Assembly: GCA_964531785.1 (NCBI GenBank)
Contig: CAZHFF010000002.1
Span: 157,851 to 221,850 of the forward strand
Source: an uncultured Candidatus Saccharibacteria bacterium
Lineage (GTDB): Bacteria > Patescibacteriota > Minisyncoccia > Phycocordibacterales > UBA12088
Reading direction: 5' to 3'
Length of the DNA: 64,000 nt
Part shown: piece after piece, positions 1-7,961 of the stretch
Layout of the letters: the number at the start of each line of letters is the position of its first letter
How positions within the stretch are numbered: position 1 is the first letter of the stretch
The notes under the pieces: generated by a model
Databases searched by the model: none
Seen by the model: only the letters and a program-made list of their open reading frames with translations
Told to the model about the DNA's origin: nothing
Program-made: the position numbers and the translations under genes

Positions 1-573
1 CACGCACTCGTTGGGTCTGTGCTCCCGAACTCCGACCCGGTGCATAAGATATCCATCATCTCAAGGGGAAGGGCGGCCGGGTATACGCTCACACTTCCGT
101 TCGAGGATCGACGCATGCAGTCGCGCAAGGAGTTCTATGACGACATCGCAAAGACCTTGGGCGGCTATGTTGCGGAAGAGACCGTGTTTGGCGACCTGAC
201 GACGGGGGCAAGTAACGACCTGCAGGTACTGACCGCGCTCGCGCGGAACATGGTCGCTCGATGGGGAATGAGCGAGAAGATGGGACCACTCGCCTACGAG
301 TCGGACGGCGGCCGGACCATGTTCGGGCCGGGTATTGGCGAGCGTGACTACTCTGATAAGGTGGCGAGTCAGATCGATGAAGAGGTCGAGCGGATCATCC
401 GTGATGCCTATGAACGTGCAAAGGAGGTGATCACGACCCACCGCAAGGCGCTCGACGCCATCGCGAAAAAGCTGGTCGAGGTCGAGACACTAGAACGCGA
501 TGATTTCGAGAAGATACTGATCCTCCACGGCATAGAGCCGAAGAAGCGAGAGGACGATGTCCCTCTTATATAG
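1..573 (+). CDS. ftsH: ATP-dependent zinc metalloprotease FtsH, C-terminal part (5' end outside window)
   Basis: Frame open from base 1. Translation KISIISRGRAAGYTL...TTGASNDLQVLTALARNMVARWGMSEKMGPLAY is typical of the FtsH M41 peptidase C-terminal domain. Confidence 0.9.
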   Translation, partial: HALVGSVLPNSDPVHKISIISRGRAAGYTLTLPFEDRRMQSRKEFYDDIAKTLGGYVAEETVFGDLTTGASNDLQVLTALARNMVARWGMSEKMGPLAYESDGGRTMFGPGIGERDYSDKVASQIDEEVERIIRDAYERAKEVITTHRKALDAIAKKLVEVETLERDDFEKILILHGIEPKKREDDVPLI

Positions 574-633
574 GTGGTGAGTAGAGAAGAACCGCCCACT
601 GGGCGGTTCTTTGGCCAGTGCTCCGGCAAGCGC

Positions 634-1677
634 TTACCCAGCGAGGTGGCGGAGCAGAAAGGGTCCCCGATACACCCATGCGGTATATACCTGGCAAAGA
701 TCGGCCCCGTGGTCGCATGCTGCACGAACATCTTCTGCGGTACTGATACCACCCGAGGCAATGATGACCGACCTGGGGAAGTGCGTACGTACGATGCGTA
801 CGGTGTCGAGCATCAGTGATCGGAGCGGCTTGCCCGAAAGCCCGCCCTTGTCGAACCGTTCACCGTGCTGTCCCCGTACCGAGAAGCGCACTGTAGTGTT
901 CGTCGCGATGATACCTGCTGCGCCATGCTCGAGCGCTTCCGCGACCAGGTGGACCAATTGATCGGGTGTCTCGAGGTCAGGCGAAAGCTTGATGAGCAAG
1001 GGAACGGCAGGTATTGCGTTTTCGCGCGAACCTCGATGTATCGTCGCGATAAGGCGCGGCACCAGGTACGCCAGGTGCTCCTCGTGTTGCAGGGCCCGCA
1101 ATCCCGGAGTGTTCGGGGAGCTCAGATTGAGGACGAAGTACGTTGCCCAGGGTAAGAGCTGCTCGATCACGGCGCTACAATCCTGTTCGACCGCCTCCAC
1201 GTTATTGGCATGCTCCGCGAGCGGACCGATGTTGATCCCAAGCGGAAGCGGCAAAGCAGCATACCCCGCCAGGTTGCGTGCGACAACGCTCACTCCCTGC
1301 GACGGAAAACCCAACCAATTGATGAGCGCTCCATTACCTGGAAGGCGTGCAAGTCTTGGACGCGGGGAGCCGGTCTGTCGGCTTGGCAGCACGGTGCCGA
1401 TCTCAACAAAACCGAACCCAAGTGCACGCAGTATCGTGAGGATGGGCTCACCGTTCTTCACGAAACCTGCGGCCAAACCGACCTGGTGAGGGAAGTTCGC
1501 CCCCAGGGCACAGATCGGGATCGCACTTTTCGGGTGAGCGTGCTGCTCAAGAAGACGCACGAGGGGCGGAACGCGCTCCACAGTACGTAGCAACCACAGG
1601 GCAAGCTCGTGCGCTAGCTCGGGGTCTTCTTTGGTGAATCGATCCACGAGCGGGAACACTACTTTTTCATAGAGCAT
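634..1677 (-). CDS. pyrD: dihydroorotate dehydrogenase (quinone-type, class 2-like)
   Basis: ORF 634..1785. Start moved to ATG 1677 (MLYEKVVFPL), which is preceded by AGGAGG. Motifs LGFGFVEIGTV and NxGFPSQG-like; TIM-barrel DHODH pattern. Confidence 0.85.
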   Translation of the reverse strand: MLYEKVVFPLVDRFTKEDPELAHELALWLLRTVERVPPLVRLLEQHAHPKSAIPICALGANFPHQVGLAAGFVKNGEPILTILRALGFGFVEIGTVLPSRQTGSPRPRLARLPGNGALINWLGFPSQGVSVVARNLAGYAALPLPLGINIGPLAEHANNVEAVEQDCSAVIEQLLPWATYFVLNLSSPNTPGLRALQHEEHLAYLVPRLIATIHRGSRENAIPAVPLLIKLSPDLETPDQLVHLVAEALEHGAAGIIATNTTVRFSVRGQHGERFDKGGLSGKPLRSLMLDTVRIVRTHFPRSVIIASGGISTAEDVRAACDHGADLCQVYTAWVYRGPFLLRHLAG

Positions 1678-1956
1678 ACTACCTCCTGCGGTAATTCTTG
1701 TGCAATCGTACGTACTTTCCCAAACGGCGCAAGTCGGCGCCTGTGGTGTGGGTGATCGGTTCTGTAATAGACCTGATTCGGTCATGGCCAGCGTTCACGG
1801 AGCTTTCACCGTCATTCCCTACGATGGATAGTGTTGATGTACTTCTCCACAAGGGAATGGTGCGTACGGATGGAGGCGAGCACTACAATACAGCGATGGA
1901 GATGTCGGAGGGATATCGCCAACCATTATTAGCAACAGTACGTAATTTGAAAAACT

Positions 1957-4254
1957 ATGCATAAGACCATCAACAAGACCCTGGTTTCCCTGATGTTGTG
2001 CGCGTTCCTCAGCGCCGCATGGGGCACACCACACGCACTGGCGGCGGGTCAAAAGCAGCAAAAGAACGACGTATCGAAGTACGAGACAAGTTCACGTATC
2101 GAGCATACGCGAATGGACGAGCGCCGCGCGCAGGTAGACGAGCGTTTGAAGCGAGCAAATGAACGACTACATGAGCGTATCAGGGCACTCGAGAACCGTA
2201 TCTGTCGGAGCTATGCACAGTTCGAGCGCTTCGGGGTTACGGTACCACTGCCTACGTTCTGTCGTGGCAGCGGTTCAGGATCTGCGCCACAGCTCATCAT
2301 GACCGTGACGCCAAGTTCGGTCGTTGCCGGTGGAACCGCGCAGCTTACGTGGACGAGCGAACATGCCAGTTCTTGTACCGCGAGCAATGGTTGGAGTGGT
2401 ACGCGGCCAACAAGCGGCACCGAACAGGTAGCACCGGCAACCACTACCACCTATACGCTCACCTGTGTCGGGCCCCACGGCACGATCGAAAAGTCCGCCA
2501 TCCTTTCCGTAGAGAAGAACGGTCTTCCGACCCCTACGATCTCGCTCAATGCAGCGCCTTCGAGCGTGGTGAGTGGAGCAAGCACCACGTTGACCTGGGT
2601 AAGTACGCATGCAGCAACCTGCACCGCAAGCGGTGGCTGGAGCGGACCGCGCGCCACCTCGGGTAGCGAGGTCGTAACACCGACCGCGACTACGACCTAC
2701 GAGCTCGCGTGTTCGAACGCAACAGGAACGGCCACCACGAGCGTCGAGGTCGGGTTCATGGAGGCGGTGTCGGTGCCGACAGCTAGCCTTGTTGCAGAAC
2801 CAGCGTTGGTCACGTTTGGCGGGACAAGTACGCTGAACTGGGACTCGCAGCACGCGACCGGATGCATGGCTTCCGGCGCGGCCGACTGGAGCGGCCCGCG
2901 TGCAGCGACCGGTAGTGCACTTGTCACTGTGTTCGCAACGACCACCTATGTGGTCGAGTGTGGGGACGGGGTAAGCAGCTCGACCGCGAGTGCGACCGTA
3001 TCGGTCGTGCCGGTCGCCGTTTCACTTCCGACCGTCACCCTCAGCGCAGATCCTGTCCTGGTGGAAGCCGGAAGTAGTACCACGTTGACCTGGGTAAGTA
3101 CGCATGCAGCAACCTGCACCGCAAGCGGTGGCTGGAGCGGACCGCGCGCCACCTCGGGTAGCGAGGTCGTAACACCGACCGCGACTACGACCTACGAGCT
3201 CGCGTGTTCGAACGCAACAGGAACGGCCACCACGAGCGTCGAGGTCGGGTTCATGGAGGCGGTGTCGGTGCCGACAGTGAGTCTCACGGCCGCGTCGACC
3301 CAAGTCACCGAGGGATCGACCACCACCCTTACCTGGGAGAGCACCCATGCCACAGCGTGCATGGCGTCTGGTGCCGGTGACTTTACCGGGGACCGGGCAC
3401 TTGCGGGACAGGTAGAGGTGACCGTGTCCGCCCTGACGACGTACACGATCACCTGTGGCAATGGGACCGCAACCGCCACCGATTCAGTGACAGTTACGGT
3501 CACCCTGCCAGAGGGCACGGTCCCAACGGTCAACCTCAGCGCACTGCCTTCGTCGGTCGCGTCAGGCGCCACATCGACCCTGGCCTGGAACACAAGTGGA
3601 GCTGATTCATGTGAAGCGCTCCTCGGATGGACCGGTACACGTGCAACTTCAGGCGAGGAGATCGTGAGCGTTACTGGCACGACGACCTATGAGTTGCGGT
3701 GCGAGAACGCGTACGGAACAACAACAAGCAGCGTTGAGGTCGTTGTGGTCGCCGAGGCCGATCCGGTCAGCACCATGCTGATCAGCGAGTTCGTATTCAA
3801 CCCGGCGGGCACAGAACCAGGGAATGAATGGGTAGAGCTCTATAATGGAAGCACCGGCCCCATCGATCTTATGCATTGGACGCTCGCCGATGCAAGCAGC
3901 TCAGACCTGATCGCGACAAGCAGCAAGGTCATTCCTGCCGGCGGCTATGTGGTCATAACCTCAAGTACGACGCTTGCACAAACCCTCATAGCAGGCGGTG
4001 TGGATGCGATCGCGGCTACGTCGAGCATCGGACAGAACGGCCTCAGCAACACAGGTGACGCACTGTTCTTGCGGGACCCTGCGGGTACGCTAGTGGACGC
4101 GGTGAGCTATGGGACGAACACTATGGCGTTCTCCCCGGCACTTTCGATCGCAGGTATGGCAGAAGGCGCATCTTACGCACGCGTACCGGTTACCGTTGAT
4201 ACCGACACCGCAGCTGACTGGGTGATCCTCACGGTACCGACACCGGGCTCGTAG
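1957..4254 (+). CDS. secreted surface protein: signal peptide, coiled coil, six ~82-aa Ig-like repeats, C-terminal lamin-tail domain (LTD)
   Basis: N-terminal hydrophobic signal LVSLMLCAFLSAAWG. Six repeats share the pattern TLxW.S..A..C.ASGGWSG.R..SG...V.P..TTTY.L.C. C-terminus LISEFVFNPAGTEPGNEWVELYN...GDALFLRDPAGTLVDAVSYG matches the LTD pattern. Confidence 0.8.
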   Translation: MHKTINKTLVSLMLCAFLSAAWGTPHALAAGQKQQKNDVSKYETSSRIEHTRMDERRAQVDERLKRANERLHERIRALENRICRSYAQFERFGVTVPLPTFCRGSGSGSAPQLIMTVTPSSVVAGGTAQLTWTSEHASSCTASNGWSGTRPTSGTEQVAPATTTTYTLTCVGPHGTIEKSAILSVEKNGLPTPTISLNAAPSSVVSGASTTLTWVSTHAATCTASGGWSGPRATSGSEVVTPTATTTYELACSNATGTATTSVEVGFMEAVSVPTASLVAEPALVTFGGTSTLNWDSQHATGCMASGAADWSGPRAATGSALVTVFATTTYVVECGDGVSSSTASATVSVVPVAVSLPTVTLSADPVLVEAGSSTTLTWVSTHAATCTASGGWSGPRATSGSEVVTPTATTTYELACSNATGTATTSVEVGFMEAVSVPTVSLTAASTQVTEGSTTTLTWESTHATACMASGAGDFTGDRALAGQVEVTVSALTTYTITCGNGTATATDSVTVTVTLPEGTVPTVNLSALPSSVASGATSTLAWNTSGADSCEALLGWTGTRATSGEEIVSVTGTTTYELRCENAYGTTTSSVEVVVVAEADPVSTMLISEFVFNPAGTEPGNEWVELYNGSTGPIDLMHWTLADASSSDLIATSSKVIPAGGYVVITSSTTLAQTLIAGGVDAIAATSSIGQNGLSNTGDALFLRDPAGTLVDAVSYGTNTMAFSPALSIAGMAEGASYARVPVTVDTDTAADWVILTVPTPGS
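2584..2782 (+). repeat. copy 1 of a perfect 199-bp direct repeat inside the surface-protein gene (Ig-like unit 2)
   Basis: Base-for-base identical to 3079..3277 (offset 495 bp = 165 codons, in frame). Confidence 0.95.
3079..3277 (+). repeat. copy 2 of the perfect 199-bp direct repeat (Ig-like unit 4)
   Basis: Identical to 2584..2782. The flanking bases differ (agc/agt upstream, c/t downstream). Confidence 0.95.
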
Positions 4255-4276
4255 CTTCTCTTGCCCGCTTGCAGCT

Positions 4277-4306
4277 AAAAAAACGCCGGCCCCGGGCCGG
4301 CGTTTT
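4277..4306 (+). terminator. Rho-independent terminator (A-tract, GC hairpin, T-tract; potentially bidirectional)
   Basis: aaaaaaacgccggccccgggccggcgtttt: stem cgccggc/gccggcg followed by TTTT, 23 nt after the stop at 4254. Confidence 0.8.
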
Positions 4307-4342
4307 GCCTTATCACGCGGGGGCGTATATAGTGGTGGCTAA

Positions 4343-4418
4343 GCGCGCATAGCTCAGTTGGTAGAGCGCCGAGCTTATACCTCGGTGGTCCTAGGTTCGA
4401 GTCCTAGTGCGCGCACCA
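4343..4418 (+). tRNA. tRNA-Ile, anticodon UAU (CCA encoded)
   Basis: Hand-folded cloverleaf: acceptor GCGCGCA/TGCGCGC, D arm GCTC-AGTTGGTA-GAGC, anticodon arm CCGAG-CTTATAC-CTCGG (TAT at 34-36), variable TGGTC, T arm CTAGG-TTCGAGT-CCTAG, A73, CCA. Confidence 0.85.
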
Positions 4419-4450
4419 GATGGGTGCTGAGGATGCACGACGTTTGCTGG

Positions 4451-6598
4451 TTATTCAAAGTGCAGCCTAGCACTCTGTCGTGTTACTTGGTCGAAGAGTG
4501 CGGGGTAACTGGATAGCGTCGGGTCTCTGGTAACGATCGCCTGTGCTTCGGTGCGTGCCGCCTCGACGAGCTTAAGATTCTTAAGCGCTTCCATGCCAAG
4601 GTCCGAAAGGCCAGATTGGCTCCGTCCATACAGTTCACCGGGTCCACGTAGCTTCAGATCGAGCTCAGCAAGCTCGAATCCGTTCTTTGCTTTACTGAGG
4701 GCCATGAGGCGACTGTTCTTCTGACCTTCGCTCGTCAGCACGAAGCAGTATGCCTGCTGGCTGCTTCGTACGACCCGACCACGCAGCTGGTGCAGTTGCG
4801 CTAAGCCAAAGCGCTCAGCACCTTCGATGATGATTACGGTCGCGTTCGGTACGTTAACACCGACCTCGACGACCGAGGTTGCTACAAGCACATCGAACTC
4901 GTGCGCAAGGAAGCGACGCATGACCTCCTCTTTTTCCGCTGGTTTCATTTGGCCGTGCAGGACATCGATTCCGTAGCCCTTAAGCTCCTGCCGTTTTAGG
5001 CGCTCTGCCTCAGCAAGCACGGATTTCGTCTGAACAGCCATTTCTTTTGCAGGGTCTGGTTCATCGATGCGTGGACAGATGACGTAGGCCTGTCGTCCTA
5101 GGTCGAGCTCTCGACGCACCGACGTGTACATGGCGGCACGTCCTGTTCTGGGAACCACCTGCGTGATGATGGGTTTCCTCCCGTAGGGCATTTCACTTAG
5201 TACGGTGAGGTCAAGGTCACCGTAGAGGGTGAGCGCCAGTGTCCGGGGAATAGGTGTCGCGGTCATCGAGAGCAGGTGAGGGATCGCACCGTGCTTACCC
5301 ACGAGCGCTTTTCGCTGCGCGGTGCCGAAACGGTGTTGCTCATCGACAATGACGTACGCAAGATCTCTGAAGCGCACGCTTTTTTGTATGAGCGCATGGG
5401 TACCGACGAGCATCGTGATTTCACCAGTTGCCACCCACTTGAGGAGCTGCGCCTTTGACACCCTCGTGCTCCTCACGGGACCCGCCTTCGAGGGGTATTT
5501 TTTGCACCCACTTCCGGTCAGTAGACCGAGCTGTATCGGCATATGACCGAACAGTTCGGTGAACGATTCAAAGTGCTGCTGCGCAAGGATCTCGGTCGGT
5601 GCCATGTACGCCACTTGGTACCGTGCAGAAGGCCGTTCGGGCGGGCTTGCGGTTACTACTGCGTACGCGGTCGTTGCTGCGACCGCCGTCTTCCCGCTCC
5701 CCACATCACCTTCAAGGAGGCGGCTCATGGGTGATGTGGCGGCCATGTCCGCAAGGATATGGTCGATCGCGTGTCGTTGACCCGCTGTCAGCTCGAAAGG
5801 GAGGCGTTCCACGAACAGAAGAGCACGCAGGTGACCCTGTTCTATCGGGACCGATGGTGTCCTGTCGACGCTTGCGCGGGCACGCTGCTTGGCGACCTGG
5901 ATCACGAACACCTCCTCGAATGCGAACCGCTTTCGTGCAACGATCGCATCTTTTTCCTGTTTGGGTTGGTGGAGCATGACCAGTGCTCGGTCGAGAGCAG
6001 GCAAGTGATACTGCAGAAGGATATGTGGCGGTATCGGATCAGCGAGCGTCTGGTGGATCCCTGCGCGCACGAGCTTGGCGATCGCATGGCGGAACCAGCG
6101 CGACGTGATGCCGAGCGTTTCAGGGTATACTGCATACAGCGTTTCCTCTCCGTCTTCGCGGACAAACAGGGATCCGGGACTTCCTGTCGGGAGCTTTGCG
6201 GTGCGCTCGATCTCGGGATTCGCGACATAGAGTGGACCCGCCCCCTCGACCCTTCCTGTGACCTTGACCGACTGTCCGTCCTCGTACATCTTTGCAATGT
6301 ACGGTTGATTAAACCACATGAGCTTGATCTTACCGGTGCCGTCCTCAAGCCAAGCCTCCGCTATCGGCCGCCTCGTCTTCCAGGTCTTGCGTGTCGCTGG
6401 CTTCCGGAGGGTCCCGTAGAGTATGGCGTCAGCGCCACGCTGTACATCAACCACCGTTGTTTGGTTACCAGAGCTTTCGTAGCGCGTCGGGAAGTGGTAG
6501 ACGAGATCGCGGAGCGTCGCGATGCGCAGGCGTTCGAGCGCTCCGCGCTGGCTGTCGGTGAGCCGGAAGTGGTCAGATAGGGGGTCAGCCGGTTGCAT
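4451..6598 (-). CDS. recG: ATP-dependent DNA helicase RecG
   Basis: Wedge/OB N-terminus, helicase motifs GDVGSGKT, DEQHRFG, SATPIPRT-like (SMTATPIPRTL), QLHQLRGRVVR. Start set to ATG 6598 (MQPADPL), which lies 6 nt downstream of a minus-strand TATACT. The longer ORF start at 6676 is less likely. Confidence 0.9.
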   Translation of the reverse strand: MQPADPLSDHFRLTDSQRGALERLRIATLRDLVYHFPTRYESSGNQTTVVDVQRGADAILYGTLRKPATRKTWKTRRPIAEAWLEDGTGKIKLMWFNQPYIAKMYEDGQSVKVTGRVEGAGPLYVANPEIERTAKLPTGSPGSLFVREDGEETLYAVYPETLGITSRWFRHAIAKLVRAGIHQTLADPIPPHILLQYHLPALDRALVMLHQPKQEKDAIVARKRFAFEEVFVIQVAKQRARASVDRTPSVPIEQGHLRALLFVERLPFELTAGQRHAIDHILADMAATSPMSRLLEGDVGSGKTAVAATTAYAVVTASPPERPSARYQVAYMAPTEILAQQHFESFTELFGHMPIQLGLLTGSGCKKYPSKAGPVRSTRVSKAQLLKWVATGEITMLVGTHALIQKSVRFRDLAYVIVDEQHRFGTAQRKALVGKHGAIPHLLSMTATPIPRTLALTLYGDLDLTVLSEMPYGRKPIITQVVPRTGRAAMYTSVRRELDLGRQAYVICPRIDEPDPAKEMAVQTKSVLAEAERLKRQELKGYGIDVLHGQMKPAEKEEVMRRFLAHEFDVLVATSVVEVGVNVPNATVIIIEGAERFGLAQLHQLRGRVVRSSQQAYCFVLTSEGQKNSRLMALSKAKNGFELAELDLKLRGPGELYGRSQSGLSDLGMEALKNLKLVEAARTEAQAIVTRDPTLSSYPALFDQVTRQSARLHFE

Positions 6599-6692
6599 GA
6601 CGAGAGTATAGCACGACCGCCCCGTGCCATTTGACCGTGCAGATGAACTATAGTATAATGAAACTAGTTCGTGCAAAGGAAGGAGGAGCTCT

Positions 6693-6872
6693 ATGGCTCG
6701 ATATCAATGGGAAGCGCGCTGGCACGCGTTCAAGTACAATATGGGCGAAAGCAGAAGAGGGTGGCAGGAGCTGCACCGGTGGGTGATGAACGATGCACAC
6801 TGGTTGGTGCGCGTCGTCGCGGTCTCGTGGCCATTCGGTCTCGTGTTCCTCATGCTCGTCTTTTCGATGTGA
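6693..6872 (+). CDS. small (59 aa) Trp-rich protein with C-terminal transmembrane segment; below the ORF-track size cutoff
   Basis: ATG 6693 is preceded by AAGGAAGGAGGAG (strong SD) and TATAAT at 6652-6657. Translation MARYQWEARWHAFKYNMGESRRGWQELHRWVMNDAHWLVRVVAVSWPFGLVFLMLVFSM. Its stop is 4 nt before the next ATG. Confidence 0.45.
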   Translation: MARYQWEARWHAFKYNMGESRRGWQELHRWVMNDAHWLVRVVAVSWPFGLVFLMLVFSM

Positions 6873-6876
6873 GCCC

Positions 6877-7179
6877 ATGCCTCTCTTGGAAAAGTTGGCC
6901 GCGCTCTGGCGCGTGGCACAGCCGCTCGTCGAAGCCGCCGAGCAGGCAGAGGTCCAGGTGGACCGCATCCTTTCTGACAGTGAGGTGCAACAGGTCATTG
7001 CCGATAACGTGCCGGTCACGGTCACCCCGTACCAGAACGGCGAGCCAATGCTGCGGTACATGGTCACCGCGCGGGGGGATAACCTCAGGGAGACCGTCCG
7101 GGCTGCGCTCGAGATACCGCAGGCAGACGCTATCCACTTTTGCAGCCAGCACGGGCTGATCGTGTATACGCTTACGTAA
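6877..7179 (+). CDS. hypothetical protein (100 aa)
   Basis: In-frame ATG inside ORF 6793..7179 (MPLLEKLAALWRVAQPL...). Immediately follows the small ORF and is followed by a strong hairpin. Confidence 0.5.
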   Translation: MPLLEKLAALWRVAQPLVEAAEQAEVQVDRILSDSEVQQVIADNVPVTVTPYQNGEPMLRYMVTARGDNLRETVRAALEIPQADAIHFCSQHGLIVYTLT

Positions 7180-7183
7180 ACGC

Positions 7184-7222
7184 GCCGGCGAGGGATGCTT
7201 CATGAAGAAGTCCCTCGCCGGC
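7184..7222. terminator. long GC-rich hairpin (12-bp outer stem plus 4-bp inner stem), probable terminator
   Basis: gccggcgaggga tg cttc atgaa gaag tccctcgccggc, starting 5 nt after the stop at 7179. No clear U-tract. Confidence 0.5.
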
Positions 7223-7381
7223 TCACTCGTTTGACATGTCGCTGTGCCACACCTGTGGCAAAGAACGTTCGCCCGTACCCTACCAGCAGATACGGGACGC
7301 CCTCTTTACTACACCAGAGTAACGTGAAATTGTCGTGAAGAACCGTTCGGTCGACTGCAACCGGTGCGGTATACTGGAACC

Positions 7382-7948
7382 ATGCTCTACACACGCAAGG
7401 GAGATGGGGGGACCACAAAAACGCTCGCGACGCGGGATCGAGTCTCAAAGGCCTCGCCCCTACCCGAGGCACTCGGCACGCTCGATGAGCTCAACTCGTT
7501 CCTCGGTGTAGCTCGGGCCGGCGCCGGCCGTTCCGAGCAGGTAGCCGTCGTGCTTGGTGGCAAGAAGGTGCCCCTTACGGCGCTGCTTCGTGAGCTGCAA
7601 GAGAACCTGTTCATTGTGCAGGCCGAGCTCGCTGGGGCGAAGATGCACCTGACCAAACGTAAGGTGACCCGAGCGGAACAGGTGACGGACACGATCGAAC
7701 GGAGCATGCCACCCATCACCGGTTTTTCCATTGCGGGCGGGACCGAGTTGTCCGCACTGCTCGATGTGGCCCGGACGCTCGCACGCAGAGCAGAGCGTCG
7801 AGCGGTCGGGGTGCATGAGTCCGGTCTGCAAAGGCTGTCCCCAATGACGCTCGCGTACCTCAATCGGTTGTCGAGCGTACTTTTCGCACTAGCACGGTAC
7901 GTGAACTATACGACGGGAGTCCTTGAAGAGCGACCCTCGTACCAGTAA
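7382..7948 (+). CDS. PduO-type ATP:cob(I)alamin adenosyltransferase family protein
   Basis: MLYTRKGDGGTT...LGTLDELNSFLGV...EL..RAERR pattern. ATG 7382 lies 6 nt after TATACT (7370-7375). Confidence 0.8.
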   Translation: MLYTRKGDGGTTKTLATRDRVSKASPLPEALGTLDELNSFLGVARAGAGRSEQVAVVLGGKKVPLTALLRELQENLFIVQAELAGAKMHLTKRKVTRAEQVTDTIERSMPPITGFSIAGGTELSALLDVARTLARRAERRAVGVHESGLQRLSPMTLAYLNRLSSVLFALARYVNYTTGVLEERPSYQ

Positions 7949-7961
7949 CATAGAGGTTGCT

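Noticed and set aside
2584-3277. DGR template/variable repeat pair (prompted by the Avd-like remnant at 22930)
   Set aside because: The two copies are 100% identical, with no adenine-specific mismatches. Both are in-frame parts of one gene, and no reverse transcriptase is present in the window.
1957-4254. CRISPR-like periodic repeats
   Set aside because: The ~250-bp periodicity is protein-coding Ig-like repeat units, with no short conserved repeat/spacer structure. No CRISPR array was seen anywhere in the window.
7223-7381. Cobalamin riboswitch upstream of the PduO-type adenosyltransferase
   Set aside because: No B12-box is present, the region is too short, and the -10 element sits 6 nt from the ATG (a leaderless mRNA has no room for a riboswitch).
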